Positions 1 to 9,697 of a stretch of 64,000 nt of DNA are shown piece after piece (within the stretch, counting starts at the first letter, position 1; the number at the start of each line of letters is the position of its first letter). The position numbers and the translations under genes are program-made. The stretch is from an uncultured Candidatus Saccharibacteria bacterium (GTDB lineage: Bacteria > Patescibacteriota > Minisyncoccia > Phycocordibacterales > UBA9973), in the NCBI GenBank assembly GCA_964423445.1, contig CAYREQ010000004.1, positions 2,700-66,699 of the forward strand, read 5' to 3'. Below the pieces are notes generated by a model that ran no database searches, was not told the origin of the DNA, and saw only the letters and a program-made list of their open reading frames with translations.

Positions 1-1140
1 AGCTACGGTACAAGATGAAGGGCCACTGGTAAAGCTTCCAGACATTTGTCCACTTACTGTGACAGATGTGTTTCCGTTTCCTGTGCCTGCTACGTTGTTA
101 CAATATATAGTATATAGAGTAGTAGATTGAAGTGTTCCTGTACTAAATGAGCCACTTGGAGCGGATACTGGTGAACCATTGTAAGCACATGAAGTAGCTG
201 TGGGTGCTGACCAGCTAATAGTAGAACTTCCATTATATGCTACAGAAGATGGACTAGCAGATACGGTGACGACAGGCACAGATACACAAGTAGAACCATT
301 CCAGGCACTACCTGAAACACAATCAGCATTCAATGTTACACTATCAAGTTCTACTCCATTGTGATAAAGATAGAATGTAGTATCACCATAATTTATAGGT
401 ACACTTAAATTTGTAGTTCTCCTAGTGGCATTAGACACAAAAGTCCCATCTGGGTTGTTGTGGGTCACTTCCGTAGTAGCCCCTTCTATAAGATCACTTG
501 TGTTCCATTTTATTAAAGCATAAGAGGTAGATCCACCAGCTGGTATCTCAGTTGCAAGAGCAGATATAAACCAGCCTGTAGGTGGAGTGACCGGGGTACG
601 AGTAATTGTAAAATTACTTGAGTTGACAACTGGTGCAACAGGATTACCATCTCTGTCTTGTGGGTTTCCATAATAGTTATCAAATTCATCCATATATGGC
701 AATGGATTACTTGTAGTATTGTTTGCTGTTACAGTAATTGTATAGTTTCCAGCTGGCCAAGATGATGCATCCACGCTATTACTAATATTAATTAACGGGT
801 CAGGACTACCAAAAGGTGCGCTCCAACTTCCAGAAAACATCTGCGTGCCTACACTATTGGTAATAACATAATCTACACTAGTGCCTCTCTCCTCTACGCC
901 AAAACCACTATTTTTTTCCGGGTCAAAACCTGCACAAAAATAGCTTTTTGTACCTGATATAGAGATAGAAATACTCTCTGGGTCATTATATGTACCTGTC
1001 GGACTAACTGATGAAATTGTAGGGTTTTTTGCATAATCATAAGTTCCACAACTAGCAAAAACTGTGTCTACATTAGAGAAAAATCCCCCGACCACGACCA
1101 AAGACACTAAAACAAAAAAACTGAGAGTTTTAAATTTCAT
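1..1140 (-). CDS. Secreted protein, N-terminal part; the gene continues past the window start
   Basis: Reverse strand opens with ATG at 1140 and reads MKFKTLSFFVLVSLVVVGGFFSNVDTVFA (signal peptide). The frame stays open to position 1, and no competing ORF of 60 aa or more appears in the 1-1063 track. Downstream sequence is Ser/Thr/Asn/Gly-rich, suggesting a surface protein. Confidence 0.55.
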   Translation of the reverse strand, partial: MKFKTLSFFVLVSLVVVGGFFSNVDTVFASCGTYDYAKNPTISSVSPTGTYNDPESISISISGTKSYFCAGFDPEKNSGFGVEERGTSVDYVITNSVGTQMFSGSWSAPFGSPDPLINISNSVDASSWPAGNYTITVTANNTTSNPLPYMDEFDNYYGNPQDRDGNPVAPVVNSSNFTITRTPVTPPTGWFISALATEIPAGGSTSYALIKWNTSDLIEGATTEVTHNNPDGTFVSNATRRTTNLSVPINYGDTTFYLYHNGVELDSVTLNADCVSGSAWNGSTCVSVPVVTVSASPSSVAYNGSSTISWSAPTATSCAYNGSPVSAPSGSFSTGTLQSTTLYTIYCNNVAGTGNGNTSVTVSGQMSGSFTSGPSSCTVA

Positions 1141-1301
1141 AATATGCATTTTTTATAAAAGTATTAATTACTTTTTATTATACAATATATATAAAATACA
1201 GTGGCAGAATATAAACTTGATTGTGTGGATAACTATAAAAAAATCATATATTTTCTCACATTGCTTTTAAATAAAATTTATGATATATTTATATAGTATA
1301 A

Positions 1302-1330
1302 GTCCTGTGAGAGCAGGGCTTTTATTTTTA
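1302..1330 (+). terminator. Intrinsic-terminator-like hairpin followed by a U-run, 20 nt upstream of the nusA start (possible leader attenuator)
   Basis: GUCCUG-ugagag-CAGGGC forms a 6-bp stem including one G-U pair, followed by TTTTATTTTT. There is no upstream + strand gene for it to terminate. Confidence 0.4.
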
Positions 1331-1350
1331 AAAACTTAATAAAAAACACT

Positions 1351-2517
1351 ATGTTAGACTTAAAAACATTCAAATCAGCTCTAGAACAACTAGAACAAGA
1401 CAGAAAAATCCCAAAAGAAAAGATATTAGACGCTATAGAACAAGCTATGGCTGCTGCTTATAAAAAGGATTACGGTAAAAAAGGCCAAATAATAAGGGCT
1501 AAATTTGATCTTGATACAGGAAAAACCAATTTTTACCAAGTAAAAATCGTAGTAGATGATAGTATTGCCATACTAGATGAAGAAGTAGAAAAAGATGAAA
1601 ATGATGAAAGAGTATACTTTAATGCTGAGCATCATATTCTCTTAGAAGACGCAAAAAAGATAAAAAAGGGCGTAGAATTAAACGACGAAGTCGTCTTTCC
1701 TCTTGAAGCAAAGGATGATTACGGCCGAATCGCAGCCCAAACAGCAAAACAAGTCATAATCCAAAAGATTCGTGAGGCAGAAAGAGTGTCTATAATAGAC
1801 GAATATGGTACAAAAGAGGGTGAAATCATCTCTGGAATAGTCCAAAAAGTGGAAAGAGGCAATATTTATATAGATTTTAACCGTGCTACAGGTATTTTGC
1901 CAGTAGAAGAGCAAATTCCAGGTGAATTCTGGGAAAGAGGTCGCAGATTGCGAGCATATCTATATTCTGTAGAAGATACACAAAGAGGTATCAATCTTCG
2001 CTTGTCTCGTACACATCCTAAATTCTTAGAAAAGCTATTTATGATGGAGGCTCCAGAAATCCAAAATGGTATTGTAGAAATAAAGTCTATTGCTCGTGAA
2101 GCAGGGGCTCGCAGTAAAATAGCTGTACACTCAAACGATGAACACATAGATGCTGTAGGCTCATGTGTGGGTCAAAAAGGTACACGAGTAAACACTATTA
2201 CTCAAGAATTGGGAGGTGAAAAAATAGATATTATTCCTTGGTCTACTGATCCAAAAGTATTTGTGACCAATTCCCTGTCTCCAGCAAAGGTAATATCTAT
2301 AGATATAGACGAAGAAAACCATAAAGCTACTGTAGAAGTAGCCGATGATCAGCTTTCACTAGCTATTGGTAAAGGTGGGCAAAATGTACGCCTAGCTGCC
2401 AAGCTTACTGGATGGAAAATAGACATCAAGGGTGATGGAGCAATCGTTTCTGACGAAGATACAAATGAAGATATAGCTGAAAATGACGAAGATTTAGTTG
2501 AAAAGACTGAAGAATAA
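1351..2517 (+). CDS. nusA: Transcription termination/antitermination factor NusA
   Basis: N-terminal NusA domain, an S1 region and two KH-like regions (GQKGTRVNTITQELGGEKIDII... and AIGKGGQNVRLAAKLTGWKIDI), followed by an acidic tail. Confidence 0.9.
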   Translation: MLDLKTFKSALEQLEQDRKIPKEKILDAIEQAMAAAYKKDYGKKGQIIRAKFDLDTGKTNFYQVKIVVDDSIAILDEEVEKDENDERVYFNAEHHILLEDAKKIKKGVELNDEVVFPLEAKDDYGRIAAQTAKQVIIQKIREAERVSIIDEYGTKEGEIISGIVQKVERGNIYIDFNRATGILPVEEQIPGEFWERGRRLRAYLYSVEDTQRGINLRLSRTHPKFLEKLFMMEAPEIQNGIVEIKSIAREAGARSKIAVHSNDEHIDAVGSCVGQKGTRVNTITQELGGEKIDIIPWSTDPKVFVTNSLSPAKVISIDIDEENHKATVEVADDQLSLAIGKGGQNVRLAAKLTGWKIDIKGDGAIVSDEDTNEDIAENDEDLVEKTEE

Positions 2518-2532
2518 TAATACAATAATCTT

Positions 2533-3117
2533 ATGGCAAATATAAATCATAAACCCTCAAAATACATGCTAAATCTGTTGCATGTCCTTCCTGCCTTTGT
2601 GGAAGGAAAAACAGACGTATTAAATGTAATTGTAGAAAACAACTCAAGGTCATTGAATAAATATGAAATAATTACTGAATCTGGCCAACTAAAGCTCGAT
2701 CGTGTCGGCTATTCCCCTATCGTCTATCCATTTGCTTATGGAGCAATACCTATGACTTGGGATTATGACAATGACCCACTAGACATAGTGATAGCAAATG
2801 CTACAGAAGATTTTGTACCAGGCTCTCTAGTAGAGATAAGAATAATCGGGGTAATGAAATTTGAAGACGACGGAGAAATAGACGACAAAATCATAGGTGT
2901 AGTAAATGATGACAAGAGAAATAACCACATAAATACTATAGATGACCTAGGTGAGTACTTTAAGACTGAGACAAAATACTTCTGGGAAAAATATAAAGAA
3001 CTAAAAAAAGCTAATACTGGTATAACTAAAGGCTTTTTTGACAAAGAAGAAGCTATAAAGGTGGTACGTGAATGCGAACAAAGATACACAGATATCTATC
3101 TCAAAAAATTTGAATAG
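2533..3117 (+). CDS. ppa: Inorganic pyrophosphatase
   Basis: Family I PPase pattern: conserved DPLDIVI and IIGVMKFEDDGEIDDKIIGV blocks (PPase Asp cluster), about 190 aa. Confidence 0.85.
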   Translation: MANINHKPSKYMLNLLHVLPAFVEGKTDVLNVIVENNSRSLNKYEIITESGQLKLDRVGYSPIVYPFAYGAIPMTWDYDNDPLDIVIANATEDFVPGSLVEIRIIGVMKFEDDGEIDDKIIGVVNDDKRNNHINTIDDLGEYFKTETKYFWEKYKELKKANTGITKGFFDKEEAIKVVRECEQRYTDIYLKKFE

Positions 3118-3165
3118 TGTATAATAAAGATGGTTCTTATTATAAGTTTTAATTGATTAAAAAAT

Positions 3166-3870
3166 ATGAAAAAATATTTAGGTTTGTTATTTGTATTAGC
3201 ATTAATTTTTAGTGTAGGTAACATTGCAAAAGCAGAAGAATCTACTACAGGTTCTAATTCTGGTTCTAGCGGTACAGGAATAATTCCACCTAGAGATGCA
3301 AAACCAAAACCTCCACTAAAAATAAAACCAAAAATTGATGAAAGGAAACCAAAAGAAGGAGAAATAAAAGCAATAAAAGAAGACTTTAAATTAAAGAGAG
3401 AAGAAGCAAAGACAAAGATGAAAGGTTTGCGAGACCAATTAAAGGGTGAAAAGGACGCAGCAAAATTAAAAATAAAAGAAGCTAGAATTGCTGGAAGAGA
3501 AAAAGCTTTGGAAAAATTTGATGGAGCAATAAAGAGAATGACTGCTCTAAAAGATAAAATAAATGAGCACATAGCAAAATTGGAAGTAAAAGGAGTAAAC
3601 GTAGATGATGCAAAGAAATTTGTAGCTACAGCTCAAGAAAAAATAGATGCAGCAGATGCAAAAATTGCAGAAATGAATGCCTTACTTGCTACTTCAATAG
3701 ATCAACTAAATGCAGACAATAAAACAAAGTTTAGAACTCTAGCAAAAGAAACACAGGCTCTAATAAAAGAAGCTCATACTGCTCTTAAAGATGCTGTAAA
3801 GTCACTAAAGGGTCAAGTAAAAGTAAAAGTGGAAGAAGAAAAAACTATTGAAACTAACACAGTTCAATAA
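3166..3870 (+). CDS. Secreted Lys/Glu-rich coiled-coil protein
   Basis: Signal peptide MKKYLGLLFVLALIFSVGNIAKA, followed by a low-complexity Gly/Ser/Pro-Lys linker and a long KE-rich helical region. Confidence 0.5.
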   Translation: MKKYLGLLFVLALIFSVGNIAKAEESTTGSNSGSSGTGIIPPRDAKPKPPLKIKPKIDERKPKEGEIKAIKEDFKLKREEAKTKMKGLRDQLKGEKDAAKLKIKEARIAGREKALEKFDGAIKRMTALKDKINEHIAKLEVKGVNVDDAKKFVATAQEKIDAADAKIAEMNALLATSIDQLNADNKTKFRTLAKETQALIKEAHTALKDAVKSLKGQVKVKVEEEKTIETNTVQ

Positions 3871-3894
3871 AATTATTAACTTAAAATAAAAATT

Positions 3895-4140
3895 ATGGAA
3901 CCAGAAAAAAAATCAAATGGTGCAATGGTAGGATTAATAATCGTTGTAATCATACTTGTTATTGGAGGTATATATATGTGGCAAAAAAATAAAGGTGAAG
4001 TAGAAGCTCCTGCTGAAAATTTGGTAGAAGTATCCACTGAAGCTTTGAACAGCCAAGATGCTGCAGCTATAGATGCTCTAGATCAAGAGACAGAAGCTGT
4101 TGACGCAGAAGCTGGGGTAGATGTAGAAGCTGTAAACTAA
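3895..4140 (+). CDS. Small single-pass membrane protein with an acidic C-terminal tail
   Basis: One TM segment (GLIIVVIILVIGGIYMW) followed by a D/E/A-rich tail. It is followed by a strong terminator. Confidence 0.4.
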   Translation: MEPEKKSNGAMVGLIIVVIILVIGGIYMWQKNKGEVEAPAENLVEVSTEALNSQDAAAIDALDQETEAVDAEAGVDVEAVN

Positions 4141-4162
4141 ATTAAAAAAATATTTTGAAAAA

Positions 4163-4194
4163 GCACCGTAAACTTTAAAGTTTACGGTGCTTTT
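4163..4194 (+). terminator. Rho-independent terminator
   Basis: Perfect 14-bp inverted repeat GCACCGTAAACTTT/AAAGTTTACGGTGC, followed by TTTT. Confidence 0.6.
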
Positions 4195-4227
4195 GACAAA
4201 AGAACTTAATATATATAAGATAAATGC

Positions 4228-5301
4228 ATGTTAAAAACAAAAATCAACAAGTTACCAAAAAGTGAAATAGAGATAGAAGGAGAAATCCCTGAGGATATAT
4301 TTGAAGGCTATTTTAATAAAGCTTTAAAAATACTTGGTGAAAATATAAAAATAGATGGTTTTAGAAAAGGTAAAATACCAGAAGCAGTACTCTTACAAAA
4401 TATTCCTGAGATAAGTATCTTGGAAAAGATGGCAGAGCTTGCCCTAAATGAACACTATCCAAAAATAATCACTGATGAAAAAATAGACGTCATAGCTAGG
4501 CCAGAAATAACTATCACCAAACTGGCTCGTAAAAACCCACTTGGTTTTAAAATAAAAACTGCCGTATTACCAGAAATAAAACTTCCTGACTATAAAAAAA
4601 TTGCAAAGAAGATTTTAGGAGAAGTCACTGATGCTGAAAAAAATATAGTAGTAAGTGATGAAGATTTAGAAAACACTATAAAAGATATCTTGAAATCTCG
4701 TGCACCAAAAAAACATGTAGCCGACGTGCCCGCCGAAGCTTTAGCGAAGGAGGGAGGTGAAGTAGTAGAAGACATAAAAGAAGAACTTCCGGAATTCAAT
4801 GATGAATTTGTAAAAAATCTCGGACCATTCAAAGATGTAGCAGATTTTAAAGATAAACTAAAAATAAATATAAAATTAGAAAAAGAAAACGCACAAAAAG
4901 AAAAAACTAGAGTAAAAATTATTGAAAAAATAATAGAAGATAGTGAGCTCGAATTGCCTGAGATATTGGTTGAAATAGAAGTAAATAAAATTCTACAAAG
5001 AATGGAAGCTGATATTACCCAGATGGGATTGAAGTTTGAAGATTATCTAAAACACTTAAACAAAACAATAGAAGATTTGAGAAAAGATTTTAGAGGCGAT
5101 GGAGAGAAAAAAGCAAAATTAGGCCTACTTTTAAATGAAATTTCCAAAGTAGAGAAAATAACTGCTGACCCTGAACTCGTAGCAAAAGAAGTAGCTGCTA
5201 TATTAGAACACTACAAAGACGCAGACCCGGAAAGGGCTCAAATGCACGCAGAAAATGTGCTAACCAATGAAAAGATTTTCCAATTTTTGGAAAGCCAATA
5301 A
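4228..5301 (+). CDS. tig: Trigger factor (short form; no clear PPIase domain)
   Basis: The N-terminal ribosome-binding signature GFRKGKIP is present, and length and charge pattern fit the trigger-factor N-terminal and C-terminal domains. At 357 aa (E. coli Tig is 432 aa) the FKBP-type PPIase domain appears reduced or absent. Confidence 0.75.
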   Translation: MLKTKINKLPKSEIEIEGEIPEDIFEGYFNKALKILGENIKIDGFRKGKIPEAVLLQNIPEISILEKMAELALNEHYPKIITDEKIDVIARPEITITKLARKNPLGFKIKTAVLPEIKLPDYKKIAKKILGEVTDAEKNIVVSDEDLENTIKDILKSRAPKKHVADVPAEALAKEGGEVVEDIKEELPEFNDEFVKNLGPFKDVADFKDKLKINIKLEKENAQKEKTRVKIIEKIIEDSELELPEILVEIEVNKILQRMEADITQMGLKFEDYLKHLNKTIEDLRKDFRGDGEKKAKLGLLLNEISKVEKITADPELVAKEVAAILEHYKDADPERAQMHAENVLTNEKIFQFLESQ

Positions 5302-5302
5302 A

Positions 5303-6112
5303 CTACTCTACTTCCCGAGATGAACCCTCGGGAATTTTTGTTTCTGTTTCTCTATAAGCTTCGATGTCAATTAGATTGATATAATCTTTTCCACTTTCAT
5401 TACTTGTCATAAATTGTCTGGCTTGTAAATCATTTGGAGTTAACCCATTTAATAAAAACAATTGCTTTAATTCTTTTGCAAATTTTTCTATAACTAAATT
5501 ATCCTCATCTACAGAATGTCCTAAAATAGGTCTATACACTAAATATTTCCTGTGGGACTTTTTATCATTGATAGCAATAATGGGTTCTGAAAAATTAATT
5601 CCTTCAAAATTATACTTTTTTGCCAATTCTTGAGCTGCATTTGAGTTAATTAATTCTCTTACTTTTTTTGATAACACAATTTCATTTAAAATACCGAGCA
5701 TTGTGTAACGAGATCTTTTGTCATCATTTATAAAATCGCTTGAATCTATAAAATCTGATCCTTTACCCTCGCGCAAAAAATCTAAAGCTTCTTTTGTATA
5801 TTTTGCCATCCCTGAACCATATTTATATTTTAAATAAAATCTTTTAGTTTTATCTTTCAAGATAATAAATTGAGATTTTGAATTAGACATGAAACGAAAT
5901 GGGTATGATTTTATATCATTAAGAATGCTATCAATATCTTTTGAATTTGAATAATCTAAATTTACTACAATATCAAGATTACCTATGTGCTCAATTTTGT
6001 AAGTTTTTGGACTACTTTCTTTTATAGAAATACCAGACTCTGGAGTTTTCATAAACAAATCATAGCAAAACACCCAATCATAGTCTAATGATTGGGTATT
6101 TTTTGTAAACAT
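5303..6112 (-). CDS. Hypothetical protein
   Basis: Long ORF sitting tightly downstream of the AsnA-like gene on the same strand. No motif recognised. Confidence 0.4.
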   Translation of the reverse strand: MFTKNTQSLDYDWVFCYDLFMKTPESGISIKESSPKTYKIEHIGNLDIVVNLDYSNSKDIDSILNDIKSYPFRFMSNSKSQFIILKDKTKRFYLKYKYGSGMAKYTKEALDFLREGKGSDFIDSSDFINDDKRSRYTMLGILNEIVLSKKVRELINSNAAQELAKKYNFEGINFSEPIIAINDKKSHRKYLVYRPILGHSVDEDNLVIEKFAKELKQLFLLNGLTPNDLQARQFMTSNESGKDYINLIDIEAYRETETKIPEGSSREVE

Positions 6113-6124
6113 TATGTGAAAATC

Positions 6125-6973
6125 TTAGACTGGCTGGCCTTTTAATTTTTTATAAGCCATTATCATCCTAGTCATACCTATACCTCCACCGACTCTCGGA
6201 AAGAATTTTAATGATAAAAATTCATCAAGCTCTTTTTGCACTCTTTCTTTACCAAATAAATCATACAGAAGCTTAGCATATCCTCCACCTGAAATAGTAT
6301 TGAATTCTTCCCTCATTTCTTCTATGTTTGTACTTCTTTCTGCAGAGCCGATGGTCTCATGTCCATACATTATCACATCTATTTTTTCTGCATAATCTTT
6401 ACTCTTTCTTCGCATATTCCAAAATGGAGAAGTGAAAGATGGAAATTCTTTACAGAAAACTATTGGTCCAAAATCTTGCTCCATTTTATTTTCATTTTCA
6501 GTCTTTAGCTCTTCTACTCCATAAAAATTCTTTAATTCATCATAAGTTTTCATATGATATTTATCTCGTGGACCAAAGCCTAGATATTCCAAAAGCTCAA
6601 TCTCAAATTTTTCCAAATCAGAGAGTGTGCCAGGTAGTTCAAATTCAAACATTGGAAAAATTATTTTATGTCGTCCAGGGATTGGATTCTTTTCATTTCT
6701 ATAGCTAGTACTGACACAAAATACTCCAGGGAGTTCAGGGCGAGTCAATAATTCATATTCTAGCCACATCTGTCCTGTCTGTGGCAATGGCCAGACTTGT
6801 CCTGCGTAATTATATGTAGCTACAGTAGTAGGATCTTCACAGGCTGCTAATATAGAGAGTCTGTCTTGTGTATTTACTTCCACAAAACCTTTACTCAAAC
6901 AAAAACTTCTCATTTTATTTACGACCTCACTAAAAGCTACTACATCTCTCTCGCCCACATAATTGTCTATCAT
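6125..6973 (-). CDS. Class II aminoacyl-tRNA-synthetase-fold protein, AsnA (aspartate-ammonia ligase)/AsnRS-core-like
   Basis: Motif-2-like TSYRNEKNPIPGRHKIIFPMFEFE and a C-terminal motif-3 GGGIGMTRMIMAY (compare E. coli AsnA GGGIGQSRLTMLL). At 282 aa it is too short for a full aaRS. Confidence 0.55.
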   Translation of the reverse strand: MIDNYVGERDVVAFSEVVNKMRSFCLSKGFVEVNTQDRLSILAACEDPTTVATYNYAGQVWPLPQTGQMWLEYELLTRPELPGVFCVSTSYRNEKNPIPGRHKIIFPMFEFELPGTLSDLEKFEIELLEYLGFGPRDKYHMKTYDELKNFYGVEELKTENENKMEQDFGPIVFCKEFPSFTSPFWNMRRKSKDYAEKIDVIMYGHETIGSAERSTNIEEMREEFNTISGGGYAKLLYDLFGKERVQKELDEFLSLKFFPRVGGGIGMTRMIMAYKKLKGQPV

Positions 6974-6992
6974 ATTATTTTTATGTTAACTA

Positions 6993-7020
6993 ATAAAAAA
7001 ACAACCCCATCACTGGGGCT
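6993..7020 (-). terminator. Terminator-like hairpin plus U-run in the leader about 25 nt upstream of the AsnA-like start (possible attenuator)
   Basis: On the minus strand, CCCCA-gtga-TGGGG is followed by TTGTTTTTTT. No upstream minus-strand gene is present. Confidence 0.25.
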
Positions 7021-7199
7021 GTTTGGAAACAAAATATAAAAAGAGAAATAAATTTAGGGTTTTTCGAACACCCATATTTTTTTCTCTTGTTTGATACATT
7101 GTTTACAATGATATCACTTTAAAAAGTGTCTGCAATGTGGATAACTTATAAAAATTATCTAAAGTTGAGAAAAATTTAAAAAAGGTATATTGTATATGT

Positions 7200-7796
7200 A
7201 TGTTAATACCAACAGTTATAGAAAAATCACAATTTGGAGAGCGTGCTTATGATATTTATTCACGTTTACTGCGTGAACGTATCATATTCTTGAGTGGCCC
7301 GATAGATGACCATACAGCAAATATCATCATAGCTCAGCTTTTATTCCTTGAATCCGAAGATTCAAAAAAGGACATTTACTTATATATAAATTCACCAGGT
7401 GGCTCTGTCACTTCTACTCTCGCTATTGTAGACACCATGAATCATGTCCGCCCAGATATATCTACTTTTTGTGTAGGTTTGGCTGCGTCTGGTGCTGCTA
7501 TAGTATTGTCTGCAGGTAAAAAAGGAAAAAGATACATACTTCCAAATGCTGAAGTTATGATTCACCAACCTTTAGGTGGTGTAGAAGGACAAGCTACAGA
7601 TATAGCCATCACTGCAAAGCACATACTAAAGACTAGAGATAACCTAAACAAACTTCTAGCAAAAAATACTGGCAAGACTTTGGCTCAAATAGAAAAAGAT
7701 GTAGAGCGAGATTTCTTTATGGACTCAGACGAAGCCAAAAAATATGGAATAGTAGATGAAATAGTCACAAAATCTAAACTTCCTGAGAAAAAATAA
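7200..7796 (+). CDS. clpP: ATP-dependent Clp protease proteolytic subunit
   Basis: Canonical ClpP blocks, including [19 protein letters not shown] (Ser nucleophile), MIHQPLGG (His) and the D region. Confidence 0.9.
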   Translation: MLIPTVIEKSQFGERAYDIYSRLLRERIIFLSGPIDDHTANIIIAQLLFLESEDSKKDIYLYINSPGGSVTSTLAIVDTMNHVRPDISTFCVGLAASGAAIVLSAGKKGKRYILPNAEVMIHQPLGGVEGQATDIAITAKHILKTRDNLNKLLAKNTGKTLAQIEKDVERDFFMDSDEAKKYGIVDEIVTKSKLPEKK

Positions 7797-7801
7797 AGTA
7801 T

Positions 7802-9697
7802 TTAAACAATTTTAATAGTTCCCTCATTGTTGCCGGCCATTATGTAGTCGGCAACTTTGTTTTCTACTATTTCTTCTATTGCTCTTTTTATAGGACGAGC
7901 TCCAAATTCTCTATCAAAACCAGCAGATGATACTTTTTCTATAAGCGCATCTGTGACCTCTAATCTTATTTTTTTATCTTCATATAGCCTCTCTGCAAAT
8001 TCTGTAAGTAATAATTTTGATATAGTCTTTGCTTGGCTAGCATCTAATGGTTTGAAAAGTATCACACTGTTAAATCTATTTAAAAATTCTGGAGCAAAAA
8101 TTCCACCTTGTATTAGTGTATTCATCAAAGTTTTCTTATCTATATTTGAATTTGCTACTATGTCAGCACTCCCCGCGTTTGAAGTAGCTATAATTATGGC
8201 ATCTCTAAAGCTCGCTTCCCTGCCAGATTTACGAGTGAGCCTTCCTTCGTCTAGTACTTGGAGGAGAAGATTGCGAATTAATACATTTGATTTCTCAAGC
8301 TCGTCTAAAAATACTAGTGATAGTGGAGCTTCTTCTATAGCACTAGCTAGTCTGTCAGTAAAAGCTTCTACAGATGTGGTGAGTGAAAATTCACTCATAT
8401 CAAAACGTATCATCGCATTTTTGCGTCCGAAATAACTCTCCGCCAAAATTTTTGCAGTATAAGTCTTTCCTACTCCAGTCGGACCCAAGAATAAAAAGCT
8501 TCCGGCTGGCTTGTTGTGATCGGCTATACCTGTACGTAGACGAATCAAAGCTTGAGTCACATCATTTACTGCTTCGTCTTGGCCTATGATTTTTCCTCGC
8601 ATTGATACTTCAAGGTTTTTTAACACTTCTCTTTCATCTTTACCTATAGCGCCTATTGGTATATTGGTCTTATCAGATATAATTTGTTGTACATCTTCTA
8701 TGGTTATAGTCTTGCCGAGGGTTTTTAATTCTTCCAATACCAATACAGATTTTGCTGGTTGTGCTTGATTGCCTACTAGTCTATCTGTAAGTCGGACAAT
8801 TTCTAAAATTGCGTCTTCGTTTATAGAAATATGTAGATGTCTAGCGTTTTCTTTTAATATAGCTATAGTGTCTTCGGTATTTGTTCCCAAGATATCTACT
8901 TTTTCAAATTTTGAAAGAAATTCTGGATGACCTTTTAATACGCTGTCATAATTTCCAAAATCAGTCGTAGCTATTATACCCAAATGTGGCATCTGTAAAT
9001 ACGGCATGAGTCTCTCATAGATAGCTTCATACGCATGAATATTTTCAATAATTAAAATAATATTCCCAGCTCGAGCAGCTTCATTTAAACATTTATCAAA
9101 ATCAGGTAAAGATAAGTTTTCAATAAAAAGTTCTACGACTCGGTGCTGACGAATACTAGAAAAAGATAGCCCAGATTGTCCTAAATTTCCTAAATATGAA
9201 ATCAGGGTAGACTTCCCTGTGCCTGTGTCTCCGACAAAAAGCATATTGTGATTTGAATCTTTTGAAAGTCCACGCTCTATCATGCGTAGAGCTTTGTCTT
9301 TTCCGTAAATTTTTTGATTTGAAAAACCTAAAACATCGCGACTGTGTTTATCTAGAGTATAAGTGTCACCATATGAGAGCGATGCTCCAAAACTTGGTAG
9401 ATTTAAAAAATATTCAGTAGAAATTGTGACCGGTATAAAGAAAAATATTGGAAAAGTGAGAATAGCCAAGAAAGTAAAAATAAGCCCCACCACTATGAGG
9501 ACTATTCTCGCCACAAAACCGATAATTCTAGATAAAAAATAAAAGACTACTTTTTCAAAAATAGTAAAATGGCTACCTTTGGCATCATCCATCTTCCATG
9601 GTGAAAAAAGGGTTTTAGTCAGAAGTGGTATAGAAAAAGCATTGTAGGCATATATTACAAGATTTTTCCATGATTTTAGCCCTGGGTGCATATCCAT
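7802..9697 (-). CDS. Clp/Hsp100-family double-AAA+ ATPase with an N-terminal transmembrane domain
   Basis: D1 Walker A GDTGTGKS with a degenerate Walker B (IILIIEN). D2 has GPTGVGKT, LVFLDELEKS and the sensor-2 GARPIKRAIE typical of ClpA/B/C D2. N-terminal 2-3 TM helices. Convergent with clpP. Confidence 0.7.
   Translation of the reverse strand: MDMHPGLKSWKNLVIYAYNAFSIPLLTKTLFSPWKMDDAKGSHFTIFEKVVFYFLSRIIGFVARIVLIVVGLIFTFLAILTFPIFFFIPVTISTEYFLNLPSFGASLSYGDTYTLDKHSRDVLGFSNQKIYGKDKALRMIERGLSKDSNHNMLFVGDTGTGKSTLISYLGNLGQSGLSFSSIRQHRVVELFIENLSLPDFDKCLNEAARAGNIILIIENIHAYEAIYERLMPYLQMPHLGIIATTDFGNYDSVLKGHPEFLSKFEKVDILGTNTEDTIAILKENARHLHISINEDAILEIVRLTDRLVGNQAQPAKSVLVLEELKTLGKTITIEDVQQIISDKTNIPIGAIGKDEREVLKNLEVSMRGKIIGQDEAVNDVTQALIRLRTGIADHNKPAGSFLFLGPTGVGKTYTAKILAESYFGRKNAMIRFDMSEFSLTTSVEAFTDRLASAIEEAPLSLVFLDELEKSNVLIRNLLLQVLDEGRLTRKSGREASFRDAIIIATSNAGSADIVANSNIDKKTLMNTLIQGGIFAPEFLNRFNSVILFKPLDASQAKTISKLLLTEFAERLYEDKKIRLEVTDALIEKVSSAGFDREFGARPIKRAIEEIVENKVADYIMAGNNEGTIKIV

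Noticed and set aside
1064-1270. 68-aa + strand ORF
   Set aside because: It overlaps the signal-peptide-encoding 5' end of the reverse-strand secreted-protein gene and the AT-rich promoter region. It has no support.
7857-8768. Three + strand ORFs (192, 68 and 60 aa) inside the Clp ATPase gene
   Set aside because: They are antisense to a gene with clear AAA+ motifs and have low-complexity Ser/Leu-rich translations. They are spurious.
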